From the NCBI GenBank assembly GCA_043228905.1, contig JBHGNT010000007.1, positions 15,314,001-15,378,000 of the forward strand: a stretch of 64,000 nucleotides of DNA, read 5' to 3'. Each line of letters begins with the position of its first letter. Position 1 is the first letter of the stretch. The translations under genes and the position numbers were made by a program. Source of the DNA: Azolla caroliniana. Lineage: Eukaryota > Plantae > Polypodiophyta. The notes below the pieces were generated by a model, which saw only the letters and a program-made list of their open reading frames with translations, did no database searches and was not told the DNA's origin. Shown piece after piece: positions 23,501 to 35,860 of the stretch.

Positions 23501-24220
23501 ACTATATGAAAACTAGTAACATAATTATTTAAGATTAGCTTAATGGATTGATATGGAAAGATAGATATCTTCAAGAGCTTCATAACGCATTTTACTACAC
23601 ATGAAACGGATAAATAAGTATCAAGATATGTGACTATGTAGTTTGAGAAGATAAGTTAAATAGAATTGTGAAATATCCCACATAGATAGGAAACTTTAGG
23701 ATCCATCTATATAAGCATATTGAGAACCATTAGTTTTCATCTATGTGTTGAGAGCACAAAAGGAATGGTTGGACTTGGACCAATTTGTCTACATGGACAA
23801 ATGTGGCTAAGGAACCGACAACCGGATGGAGCCGGCAAGTGGATAGAATGGCTACGGAGCAGCAATGGCAACCTATCGAATGGAGCTGGCAATCGGCAAC
23901 CGGACAGAACTGGCAACCGGACGACGACGGAACGGAAACCGAACGCGGACCGAGATGGTCGGATGATAGGATCATGTGGCGAATTAAAGTAGAGTAAAGT
24001 ATAGTAAAAGTAAAGGCAAAGCAACTAAAACAGGAGGCCATGTAACTTAAAATAAAGGCTAAGCAACTAATAATGGAGGCCATGCCACTAAAATGGGGTC
24101 TCTCTCCATTTTATTTTATTTTTCCTTCTCCGTTCCCTTATCTGACGAAGCCATAACACTCATAAACCCTAATTTTCCCTACGCCAGCCATATCTCTCAA
24201 AACCCCTAATTTTTCTTTGT
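20576..24220 (+). mobile_element. Tandem, partial Gypsy LTR copies with a short degenerate internal region
   Basis: Three related LTR units (~20576-21620, ~21625-22736, ~23510-24220). LTR end TTTTCGCGACA plus PBS-like TCTTTGGTGAATACGACGTGA at 22737, the same as at 55221. Confidence 0.7.
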
Positions 24221-25660
24221 CTTTCAAAGGTCAAGCTCGAGGATGCCATATCCACATGCTTCCTCTAGGATTGAAGCTGATGTTGTGGGACGTCTTTCTT
24301 GTGGATCTGCATTTTCCCTCTGATTCTATCAAGATGTCTTCAGGATCTTGTTTCCTCTACACTTTCCCATCATTGTTGCCATGATTTTTTCAAGACGTCT
24401 TCAAGATCTTGTTTCAAAGCTCTGGGGGCCCTACTTCGTATGTTTCCAACATATTTGATGCTCTGGGCATACCCCTCGGTCTTGCCTCTAAGGTGGGGAC
24501 CGATTTTTCATAATTTGATCTCCTCTCGCACCATCTCCCCACCATAGCCTCCTCATCCACCCCTTGTCTTTCTTATGGGAACTCTGAAAGAAAGAAAGAA
24601 AGATGTTCGTGGTTTGCGAGTTAGGGTTGCAATTTCTACTGTATAGAGACGCTCACGGACCCTCTTCCTGCCTACCTTCCTGCCTCCTTCTTTCTTTCAA
24701 CAATGGCAGTCTCGAATGACATTGACATGAAGGAATCCATAGAGACTCCTGTAGCTGCAACAAAGATAATTGTGGCCTCTCCTCCCGGCTCTACTCTCCA
24801 GCAGCTCAAGAGCGTGGCTTTGTCTATGGAGTGTGGGGTTTTGTCGAAGGAGATGCGCCAGATCGGTCTCTCTCTACGCATGTTGATGTTGCTTAGACAT
24901 CACCTCCAACCTCCGTTGATCGTTTCCTTCCTCAAACACGTTTTCCCCTCTAGTGTCTTAGCAAGGTGAACTCATCATGGTTAGCCACATGAGATAGATG
25001 AAGAACAATGCCATAGTTTGCAACATTGGTTATTTTGACAATGAGATTGATATGTGCGGCTTGGAGAATTACCCTGGAGTGATATATACATAGCCCAATC
25101 TCCATCGAATGGTCTAAACAATCGTTGTAGCCATAGTTGCCGCAATCGTTGTCACCGTCGCCGCCACAATCCGCCAAAAGTGAAAAGCTGGAATACGAAT
25201 TGAAGAATGGAAGCAAGAAGAGAGGGTCATTCAAAAAACGCGAGGGCAGATCGCAAAATTTCAGAAATTTGAGGGCAGAGAGGATAATTTCGAAAAGTCA
25301 AGGGCGAACAAGGGAATTTCCAAATAATCGAAGAAAGAGAAAAGAGAAAGGGGCAGAGAAGAGAATTTCAGAAACTTGAGGGCACATAGACAAATTTCGG
25401 GTATAGAACGGCATGACATGAAATTTCTAAAACCGGAGGCTACTGAATATAATTTTAGAAAAAAAGAAAAAACTGAGGGGTACAACATCAAATTTCGAAA
25501 ACGCAAGGGTACAAAAACTCATCACCACTCACATTAATAAAGACACACATACACAACACACCCACAATCATTGATAAACCTAAATGACGATACCACAGTG
25601 AATAAGGCGATTTGTTTGCAATCCAATCGTGTGATTAATGTGAACAAACGAGAAGGTTCA

Positions 25661-26120
25661 TGTCAAGCCAGCCCCGATCGAAGTCATCGATCGTTGAGCA
25701 GTAATCCGGTCAAGGAGTTTCCGACCGCGAGAGAAGACTGATGGAGTTCCAGTCCAGAAGAGTTTTTTGGCATGGGCTTGTGTGTTCAATGTGCAATGCA
25801 TTGTCCCATAGGCGTGCCGGGTGTTTATCCATATAGGTGTACAGGATGAATAGGGTGTAATGTGTATGGTGTGATGTGTAATATGTAATATGTATACGAG
25901 TATGTGAGGATGAGTATGTGTGAGCACATGCATAATTATGTGCATGTAACAAGAGTCTAACAGTCGCATCTTTTGTAACGGTCATTATTTACCGTTACAT
26001 TATGTACTGTAAAACCCCCTTATGGGGCACATAAGGAAGATATACATTTTTCCCCTCTCACATTTGTGTCATTTTCTATTTATCTTTCTCTCTAGTTCTC
26101 TCACTATCGTAACCCCAACA
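25661..26120 (+). repeat. Probable LTR of another element inserted in the host Copia
   Basis: TGTCAAG...CCCCAACA, preceded by purine-rich GAGAAGG. Host Copia RNase H resumes at 26121. No TSD seen. Confidence 0.4.
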
Positions 26121-26901
26121 TTGTCCACAACGACAGTCAGGTTCTTGTTGCTCTATTGAAAATTCCGATTCATCACATCGCCTCTAAGCATATCGACATT
26201 CGATATCACTTTGTTCGGGACTGCTTCATTTAAGGGAAAATCGGCCTCGAGAAGATACCTACAACCGATAATGTCGCAGATGGGATGACCAAGTCTCTTT
26301 CAACGGATTGATTCTGATCCCTTCGGCACCAAATGGGCGTAACGAATAATTAGTCCAATTGAGTCAGACATTCAGAATGGTTTCAAACAATCTCATCGAC
26401 AATTCGAAGTTCGGTCTTAGTTCCTCTGACTGCAGCCAACTTGGCCTTCTGTTTTTTGGAGTTTACTGACTCAAGCAAAAATCCAATTTGTTCGACAACT
26501 TGTACAAATCTGTATTGTTCACTTATATTACAGAATTAAGATGTATACAGCCATTACGGGTCTCTAATGTATGTATTCACATTGTCCCATTTGTACAAAT
26601 TAGGTTTAGGCCATTTTTGTAAATACTAAGAACGGCAGTTGCCTAAAGTTAGTTAGTATATAAACTGACTTTGTAACCTAGTTTGAAAAAGGTTGTTCAT
26701 TTTGTACATTGAGCCGTAGAGCTTGAGTAAAAAGTTCACCTTGTGCCTAACGTTCTTCTCTCTCTCCTTGAATTCGTGTTGATCTTGTTGAATTCGTGTT
26801 GAATTCTTGCAACCATTAATCGAGTCGACTTGTACATGTTAATGATCTTTCACTAGAGGAGTGTTGAACTTGTTCTGCACTAGGTGGCCGCAATCCCAAC
26901 A
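26121..26901 (+). pseudogene. Host Copia fragment 4: RNase H end, 3' UTR and probable 3' LTR
   Basis: SKHIDIRYHFVRDC..ADGMTKSL, collinear with ~40400-40830. Degenerate PPT region CCATTACGGG near 26551. Confidence 0.75.
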
Positions 26902-28515
26902 CCTACGTCATTTAATTACGAAAAAATGACGTTGAAATTGAACCTTCTCGTATTGAAAAGGTTAAACTTTGGTCCATTCCTCGTAATATTCGTGAACTTT
27001 GATCATTCTTAGGATTTGTTGGATTTTTAGGAAAATCAATTGTAACTATTCCAAATTGACTACACCATTAACTGACCTTTTAAAAGGCCATCCACGCAAA
27101 GTTTGTCAAACCAATTTCCTGAAATAAAAAACTTGACACATCATTTGAGACACTCAAAGAGCATGTGTGTTAAACTCCTAGTCTTCTATTACCGAACCCT
27201 TCCAAGCCTTTGTCAATCGAAACCAATGCTAGTGATTATGTTATTGGCGTCATCCTTTATCAAGGCGGCCACCCTATCGCTTTTGAAAGTAAAAATCTTG
27301 ATGCTACTCAATCTTCATATTCGGTTTAAGAGAGAGTTATTTGTGATAGTACATGCACTAAAAACATGGAGGCATTATCTGTATGGAAATAAATTTGTGG
27401 TTACAACGGACCATGAATCCTTGAAGTATGTTTGTGACTAGCCAAATATTGTTGGTAGTAAAGGCCATTGGGCTGACCTTATGCAAGATTTTGATTTTTC
27501 CATATGGTATTGCAAGGGTTCTATGAACATTGTTGCGGATGCTCTTGGTCACATTAAAGAATTTAACATGGTTAGCTTCACGAAAATAAAATCTGATCTT
27601 TTAGATCACCTTCGAGGGAAATACCTTGATGATAGTTATTTCTTGAAATATTGGACAAAAGCCGAATCTGGTTTAGATGTCGTTGCTAGCACCCTACCCT
27701 TGAAGGTGACCTTTCACATTACAAACGGTTTGCTCTACCATAGTGGAAAGTTCTGTGTTCTAGATTTACCAGATGTAAAACAAAAATTCTTCATGAATGT
27801 CATTATCCACCATCTTCTGGTCATCCTAGAATACAACACACACTCGCTCTTATCTTGAGTACTTTTTTCTGGCCTAAGATGCCCTTTCACGTGCATAAAT
27901 ACGTAACTCAATGCTTACCATGTCAGATTAATAAGTCTGAATGACTTAAAGTTGTTGGTCTTTTTATATCCCTTAGATATTCCCAACAACAAATGGGAAA
28001 GTATCTCGATGGATTTTATTGTTATTTTACCTTGTACATAGAGGAGTCATGATGCCATTTGGGATATCGTTCACTGACTAACAAATTTGGCTAGATTTAT
28101 TCCTACAAAAACCAAGGTAACCACTTGACAATTGGCTTATCAATTTGTTGATGAGTTATTTCGTTTTTATGGATTACCGATGGATATTGTTAGTGATCGA
28201 GATACCAAGATTACTAGTGACTTTGGACTCAGGTCTTTAAGAAATTGGCAATTATGTTGAGCATGAGTTCTGCGGATCATCCTCAGTCTGATGGACAAAC
28301 TAAAGGAGTTAATCAAATTATTGCGGACATGCAGCAAAAACCCCTTCTAAGTGGGAGCAATACGTTCCTATCTTAGAATTTCCCTATAATAGCTCAAAAC
28401 ATACATCCACTAGATATAATCCTTTTATGTTGATGTATGGATTTTAGCCACATGCCCCAGTGGATGTCACGATTCATTATGATACATTAGACAGTACACA
28501 CAATTTTTTGCAAGA
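26902..28515 (+). pseudogene. Decayed Gypsy pol (RT C-terminus, RNase H, integrase)
   Basis: RELFVIVHALKTWRHYLYG..VTTDHESLKY, NIVADAL, WESISMDFI, IVSDRD, HPQSDGQT. Confidence 0.8.
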
Positions 28516-28730
28516 TGTTTATCCTAGGCTGGACTAGCCACAAACATAGGGTGTCCTTCTGGAACACTTCACCAAAGGGGTGGTTACGCGAATGATGTTA
28601 TCCGACACCGATTCGATTCTAATCCAACTGATTCCAAACACGTTACGGAATTGGTTAATGAGCAACTGTTTAAATAGAACACGCGTAAAATAGAGAATGA
28701 AAGCAAAAAAAGGCAAGTAAACAAGGCACA

Positions 28731-30140
28731 TGTTGAGAATTGAATATGAAATCTGTGAGAAAAACGAACTCGGAAATACAAAGTACACACAAGAACAACA
28801 ATTGCATAGTGCACAATGATTTACGTGGAAACCCTAAAGCAGGAGAAAACCACGAGAGAAGAGATTTTCACTATACAATGGATATACAAGATGACGAGAT
28901 TACAACACTCTCTCTCTACAGAGTGTTACAACCACACAGGGCTCTTGGCATCAAACCTCACTTGGCTATGGCGCCGCTCTACCTCTCTCTCTTGCTCGAC
29001 CTTGCTTAACTGTAGCTTGCACCAATAGAGGCTAATAACTATTCTATTCACTCACACTATGGTTTTCCCCTAGATGTATTTATACTCATACATCATATGG
29101 ACTATTTACAAATGTAGCCCCTACTACACATCATCATCATCATCATCATCATTATTATTATTGTAATAATAATCGACAGTTAATCAAGCCGACTCTCTAC
29201 TGTCGGATCTTCTCGACCCGAAAAGTCGGATCCTCCTTGTCTTCGACTATCATCTCTTCTAGGCTCGAACAGTTGGCTTATCCCACTGAAGGTACATATT
29301 CCCAATAAACTCCCCCTTCACTTCAGTGGGTGGGAGTTGGTCAGTCCTGTCTTCTATCGACAGACTGTGAGTTTGTCCATTGATAGGTTATTCATGAGCA
29401 TGTCGAATCCATTTTCGTTGGTATGGATCTTCACGATGGCAAACTATCCTTCATCTACCTTCTCTCACAACCATTGATACCTCCTTTTTATATGCTTGGT
29501 CCGAGAGTGGTATGTAGCGTTCTTTGCAATATGTATGGCACTGTGATTATCACTATGGAGCAAGAGTACTTCTGGGTTTATCCCAAGTTCACTGAGGAAA
29601 CTCGTCATCCAAATGAGCTCCTTGCCGGCCTCTACCACTGCCATATACTCTGCCTCTATGGTCAACAAAGCCACGGACTTTTGAAGTTGTGCTCGTCTTG
29701 AGTTTGCATCCCCCGACATGTTTGAATAGGTAAACCCTTCGAGCATGGGTTTTCCAACATCATACCTAAGGCACACACCTGAGGTGCTTTTTAAATACCT
29801 GAGTATCCATTTTACAACTACCCAATGTTCTCTGCCTGGATTACTCATGTATCAACTTTTACAGACCATAACATACATTAAATTGTTGACCGCCGAGACA
29901 TATGGTACTTTCCTCATCTCAGCCTTATCCTTCTCTCCACTCGGGCACTGCTTAGCATTCAACCTATAGTTTGTCGGCAACACCGAGCCGACTGGCTTTG
30001 CTTCCGACATGTTGAATCTATCTAGGATCTTTGTCACATACTTCTGTTGTGACAACCACAACACCTTTTTTATTCTATCTCGAACTATGTGCATCCCTAG
30101 AATTTGCTTAGCTGGTCCAAGATCTTTCATGGCAAATGAT
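28731..30140 (-). mobile_element. Truncated Copia: 3' LTR (~28731-29307), PPT, RNase H/RT
   Basis: PPT AGGGGGAGTT on - at ~29308-29318. EAEYMAVVEAGKE, HSRTKHI and FAMKDLGPAKQILGM. Confidence 0.8.
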
Positions 30141-31317
30141 TTGGGGTCGAAGCATGCTACGGTGTGCCCAAAAAGTATTGTTTTTGGCGAAAGCATGTTA
30201 GTACTAAGTAATTATAAAAAAGTTTTTAAAAAAACAGAAAAATATAAAATCGTTTTAGGGAGAGGGTTGGGGATAGTACACGTTGCATTTAAGTCAGGGA
30301 ATGGGGGGAGACGGTTACTACGTATTCAGGACTGTTTTGGGGACTACTTTCCCCTCACTTTTAATTTTGCATGCCACATTAATTTATTTTGGCGCTTCTC
30401 ATTGTCATCTCCTCTTCTTCCTTCTAACCGAGCCCATCTCAAATTCATCGTTTTGTTGTTCTCTCCATCTCAAGTATTCGTAGCACGTGAATGTCCCCAT
30501 CGTTTTGTTGTTCTCTACGTCACTCATCTTCCCCATCTTCTCCTTCCCTCAGTATGTCTTCTCCTTCCCTCGGTATTTCTTCTCCTTCCATTGGTATGTC
30601 TTCTCCATCTTCTCTTTCACTTGGTATAACTCTTACATTTCTATAGCATAAGTTCTCTAGTGTTGATTAGAGCTATTATTTATTGTGTAGGTTATTTCAG
30701 AACAGTTTTTAGGTTTTAATATTTATAGTTTATCCTTTGGAATGCAAAATTTAAGATTAATTTATTCTGAAAAGATTACGTCTTCGTCGTCATCATGATT
30801 ATTATTGTCATTATAATCTCCATCTACTTGTTCATCATTACCATATTAAGTTGATCATACTGTTATTTGTATTGTTTCCCTATCTTAATGGATTATAGTC
30901 TTCTGCCAATGATGTCATGCACATGTGGATAACACCTAAAACCTGACTTTTATATTAGCCTAATACTATGGTCAAACTAGTAATTTAGGTAACATAGGGT
31001 TCTAAAAGAGATAACAACATAGAAATATGAAATTCAAAGTATTTGATGAAAATGAAAAGTGAGATATGTTTTTTGTGATACTTCAGTTTTATGTTTTAGA
31101 TTGTCTAAAGCAGTGGTTTTATGGTTTAGATTTGGTTCATTTTTGTTCATCCATTTTAGAATAGTCTAACTAAAATTATGGTTGTCTTTCTTAAAAATTA
31201 ATTGTTTTGGAAAAGGAATATATGAGTGTGGCATAATCATACATGTTTATTCGAAAATTGGTTGATGTTTATTCTACGATGTATTAAGAATTTATTTTGA
31301 TTAATTAGGTACTGAAA

Positions 31318-33021
31318 TGTTGAGAGACAAGCTCAACATTGGGTGCATAAATGGGTACGTAACCCAGTGCGTAGACTGGGTGTGTAAAACCGTACGCAAA
31401 ATATGGTCGTGGCGGTGTTTAAACTGAGAGGCCGTTAAAGTGCTATTCCTCATAAGGAATAATTTTAGGAGTAAGTGTAGGATGCTCATTTATGAGTGGT
31501 CAAGTACTGTAAGTACTTCTATCAGCCCAATAGTCAGGGCTTGTATAAAAGGTGCTCACTGAGTACGAAGTATGTACATGGAACATATAGAGAATTATTT
31601 TGAATATAGTTTGTAGTTTCTTCTCTCTCTCTCCCTCTCTTTCTCTGTGATTTCTTCGTTTCATCAAACTGTCGTACTACCGAACCGTGTACTCTGTGTT
31701 CTTTTACATGGTATTAGAGCACGAGGGTTGGGACTCTTTTGTAGCCGACATAAAAGCTTTCGATAAGACAAAGTTAAGTTGTTGGTCATGGCTATTGCAG
31801 GATAAGATAGCAATATGGACAAAGCAATGGGAAGCTCGCTACCGACTGAGAAGCTCAACAGGAGAAACTACGCATCTTGGTCGTACAAGATGCACCAGTA
31901 CCTGCTTGGTCATGGCTACTAGAGTTATGTCGAAGGAGCTAATGATACAACACCCGAATCGACACACAGAGATTTTTCGCCTTGAGAACAAGCGGCAAGC
32001 AGAGTTCTTTACTGCTTCGTGTCCTGTGTGAGTGACCAGCTCTTGAGCTACATTCAGGATGCTAAGACGCCAAAGGACACGTGGGCGAATCTCAAGAGGT
32101 TTTTCGCCGCTAGCACAACGGCCAGGAAGCTACAGCTCAGACAGGACCTCAGCAATGTCCAACAGAAAGATCTGTCGGTGGCTGATTACACGACCCGAAT
32201 CGAGGAGATCTACAACTCTCTCACCTCCGTCAATGTGAACGTCCAGGAGGAAGAAATGGTGCAGGTTTTCCTTGGTGGGTTAGCGTCAAAGTTCAGAGCG
32301 TTCCAGACTGCGGTCTGCACAAGGGAGATTATGCCTTCATTCTTCGAGCTTCAGTCGATGTTGCTCGCGGAGGAAAATCATGCGGGTGTGTCGACGAGTA
32401 CACACACCGACACCAAGATATTGTACATGGAGGAAGATAGGCCCCATGGTCGTGGCAGACAAGACGGATCGGTGCGCAATGGAGGCGGCCGAAAAGAGCA
32501 GAACATGCCACATAATCGAAATGCCGGAAGCAATTCCAAACCCTCCGAAAGTAGGGGGAGTCACAGCGGTGCCGAAAGACGGCAAGAGAAGGCCGCATCG
32601 GAATGCTAGTACTGTGGCAAGAAAGGCCACAGGGAGAGCGAGTGCTGGAAGAAGAAAGTCGATTCGGACAAAGCCGAATCGAGTAGAAGAGACACCGGAA
32701 GGCATCAAAAATCGCAGTATGCCGAAGGCTTTGAACAAACTATAAATGGATAGGGCCCAGCCTTCGTAATGAAGCACAAGGCCAATTCAATGGTCGTGCA
32801 CACCTCGAAATCAAGCAAGGTGTGGTATATTGATTCTGGAGCGTCAAATCATATGATGAGTCATGAGGAATGGTTCTTGTATTTGGAGAAACCAAAAAAA
32901 CAAGGAGTGATCGAAATGGGAGAAAGCACTAATGACCAAGTTTGCGAAGCCTGCCAACTTGGGAAGCAGCACCGACTTGCATTCCCGAATGAGTGTAATC
33001 GAAATCGAAATCCACTGGATT
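31318..33021 (+). mobile_element. Truncated Copia: 5' LTR, Met-tRNA PBS, decayed gag-protease
   Basis: LTR ends TTTACA at 31708; PBS TGGTATTAGAGC at 31709-31720; gag from ATG ~31828; zinc knuckle C*YCGKKGHRESEC; protease WYIDSGASNHM; internal deletion. Confidence 0.8.
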
Positions 33022-35652
33022 TGTGGAATAATATCCAGCCACAACCGAAGCGTATATCACTTGATGACAATCAAACACAGAAGAAATGGGAATGGAGGTA
33101 AGTACACAAACAGAAAGAGAATACACAGGATGTTAATGTGGAAAACCCTGAGAGGGAAAAACCACGGGAGTCCACAGAGTCCAAACTATCACTATGTCAA
33201 GGAGTACAATAGGGAGAACAGAGGCAACGACCTCTTGCTCACGATCTTCACCTGACGGCGGTTACAACAAAGACATGCTCTATATCGCTCTCTCACTCTC
33301 TCTTAGTACAGTCGTTACACCAATAACACTATAGAAAGATAATAACAACAACTCTAATAATCATACACATTGTTTGCCCTAGGTCACATTTATACTAATA
33401 TGACATTAGGACTATTTACAGATATAGCCCCAATGGGCTCTCAGAAACATATCTACATATATGTCCCTTCATCCGGTGAGAGGTTCTCACCGGGCCTGCA
33501 ACATCCGGTTCTCACCGGGTCTTCCGATGTCGGGCCTTCGTATCCCATCCGGAGGGACCGAGATCCTAACAAACTCCCCCTTCACTCCGGCATGGGATGC
33601 CTCGTCAATCTAATCCGCTTCCGGCATGCGTCTAACTTGTCGAGTGCCAGCACCTTGGTCAGCATATTCGACCCGTTCTCCTCCATGTGGATCTTCGTCA
33701 GCACGAACTCTCGGTCTTCTACTCGCTCCCGAATCCAGTAGTACCTCCGTTGGATGTGCTTCGTCCTGGAATGATACGCTAAGTCCTTCGCAAGGTGGAT
33801 GGCACTTTGATTGTCGCAATAGAGCCGATATTCCTCTTGCCAGATCCCTAGCTCTTCGATGAAGTCCTTAATCCATAGTATTTCCTTGCCGGCTTCCACA
33901 GTCGCCATGTACTCCGCTTCAGTGGTTGACAACGCAACTATCTTCTGCAGCCTCAATTGCCACAAAACAGCTCCCGCCACATATGTCATGACATATCCCG
34001 ATGTTGACCGGCTGGTATCCGTATCATCCGACATATCCGAATCGGTGAAACTGTCAAGTTGGGGTTTACCAGAGCCGAATCGGAGACACATACTTGGGGT
34101 GCCTTTCAAGTATTGGAGTGTCCATTTTACCGCATTCCAGTGCTCCTTGCCGGGATTGCCATAAACCGGCTCACCACTCCGACTGCATATCCGATATCCG
34201 GTCGGGTACACACCATTGCGTACATTAGGCTCCCGACAGCAGAGGCATATGGTATCTTCATCATATCCGCCTTCTCTGCCTTCGTCTTCGGGCTTTGCTT
34301 ACCGGATAACCTGCAATTTTCCGGAAGTGTCGATCCGACCGGTTTCGCATCTGACATGTTGAACCGCTGAAGCACCTTTGTCACGTACTTCTCCTCTGAT
34401 AGCCACAATTGCTTCGTTAGCCGGTCCTGGATGATATGCATCCCCAGCATCTGTCTTGCCGAACCCAATTCTTTCATTGAGAAGGTTCGGTTCAGGGCCT
34501 TCTTCAGCATCCGTATCTTCACTTGGTCTCGTCCGACGATCAACATGTCGTCTACGACGTACAAGAGGAGTATCAGGAAGTCTCCACCTTCGAACTTCTT
34601 CACAAATACATAGTGATCGGCCTGCGTCTTGTGGTACCCTTGATCGGTCATGAAGGAGTCGAACTTCCGGTACCATTGCCGGGGAGCCTACTTCAACCCG
34701 TAGAGGCTCTTTTTTAACCGGCAAACCAGGTGCTCCTTCCCTTTCTTCACAAATCCCTCCACTACATCTAGATCTCCTCTTCGAGGTCACCGTGGAGGAA
34801 CGTCGTCTTCACGTCTAGCTGCTCTACCTCGAGGTCCATGCTTGCCGCTATGCTCAGCATCGTCCGGATGGAAGTCATCTTTACTACTGGGGAAAATATC
34901 TCGTCGAAGTCCACGCCCTTCTTCTGCTGGAACCCCTTCACCACGATCTTGGCTTTGTACCTTGGAGGGTTGTTGGCATCTCCCGGTTTCAACTTGTACA
35001 CCCACTTGTTTCGGAGTGCCCTCTTTCCTTTCGGCAACTCCACCAATTCATACGTGTGGTTCTCATGCAGGGAATCCATCTCGTCCTACATGGCACTCAA
35101 CCACTTGCGGCTATGGGTGTCATCCTTCGCTTCTTTGAAGCTTTCCGACTCCCCCTCATCGGTCAACAGCACATGCTCTGCATCCGGAAATCTCCAGGGG
35201 GGCCTTCTCTCTTTGAGAGAATATCTACGTCTTTGGCTTTCGGGAACCAGCTCCTCTATTTGTTCTTCATCCGAATCTGATTCGGGGTCTTCGTCGGTTC
35301 CGGTTTCAGCTTCCTCTACTTCTTCTTCTGCCGGTTTGGTATCCTCACCGTAACTGGCTGGTTCCTCGAGTGTCAACCGACTCTTAGCTGGGTGGGTCCG
35401 AATCTCATCGAAGTTCATTATCTTCTTCTCCGACTCCCAGTCGGCAAGAGTCTTGTCCTCCATGAAGATAATATCTTGGCTCTGGAAAACCTTTTCGTCA
35501 ACCGGATCCAACACTCGGTAGCCGAACTCATCATCGCCGTATCCAAGGAATATGCATGGCCGGGTCTTTGGATCCAACTTAGCAATATGCACGTACGCGA
35601 GACACCCGAACACCTTCAAATGCCGGTAGGACACTTCCTTACCGGTCCACAC

Positions 35653-35823
35653 TGTCGAATACAAGTGTATAATGGACGTATTCACACTATCCCTTTGGGC
35701 CATTTGTGTAATTAGCATAAATGGCAGTTGCCCTAAGTTCGTCACTATATATAGTGACCTTATAACCTCTTTGTAAGGTTGGGTTGTATTATTGCTTTAT
35801 GGAATAGAAAGAGTCGTTTTGTG

Positions 35824-35860
<37 letters not shown>

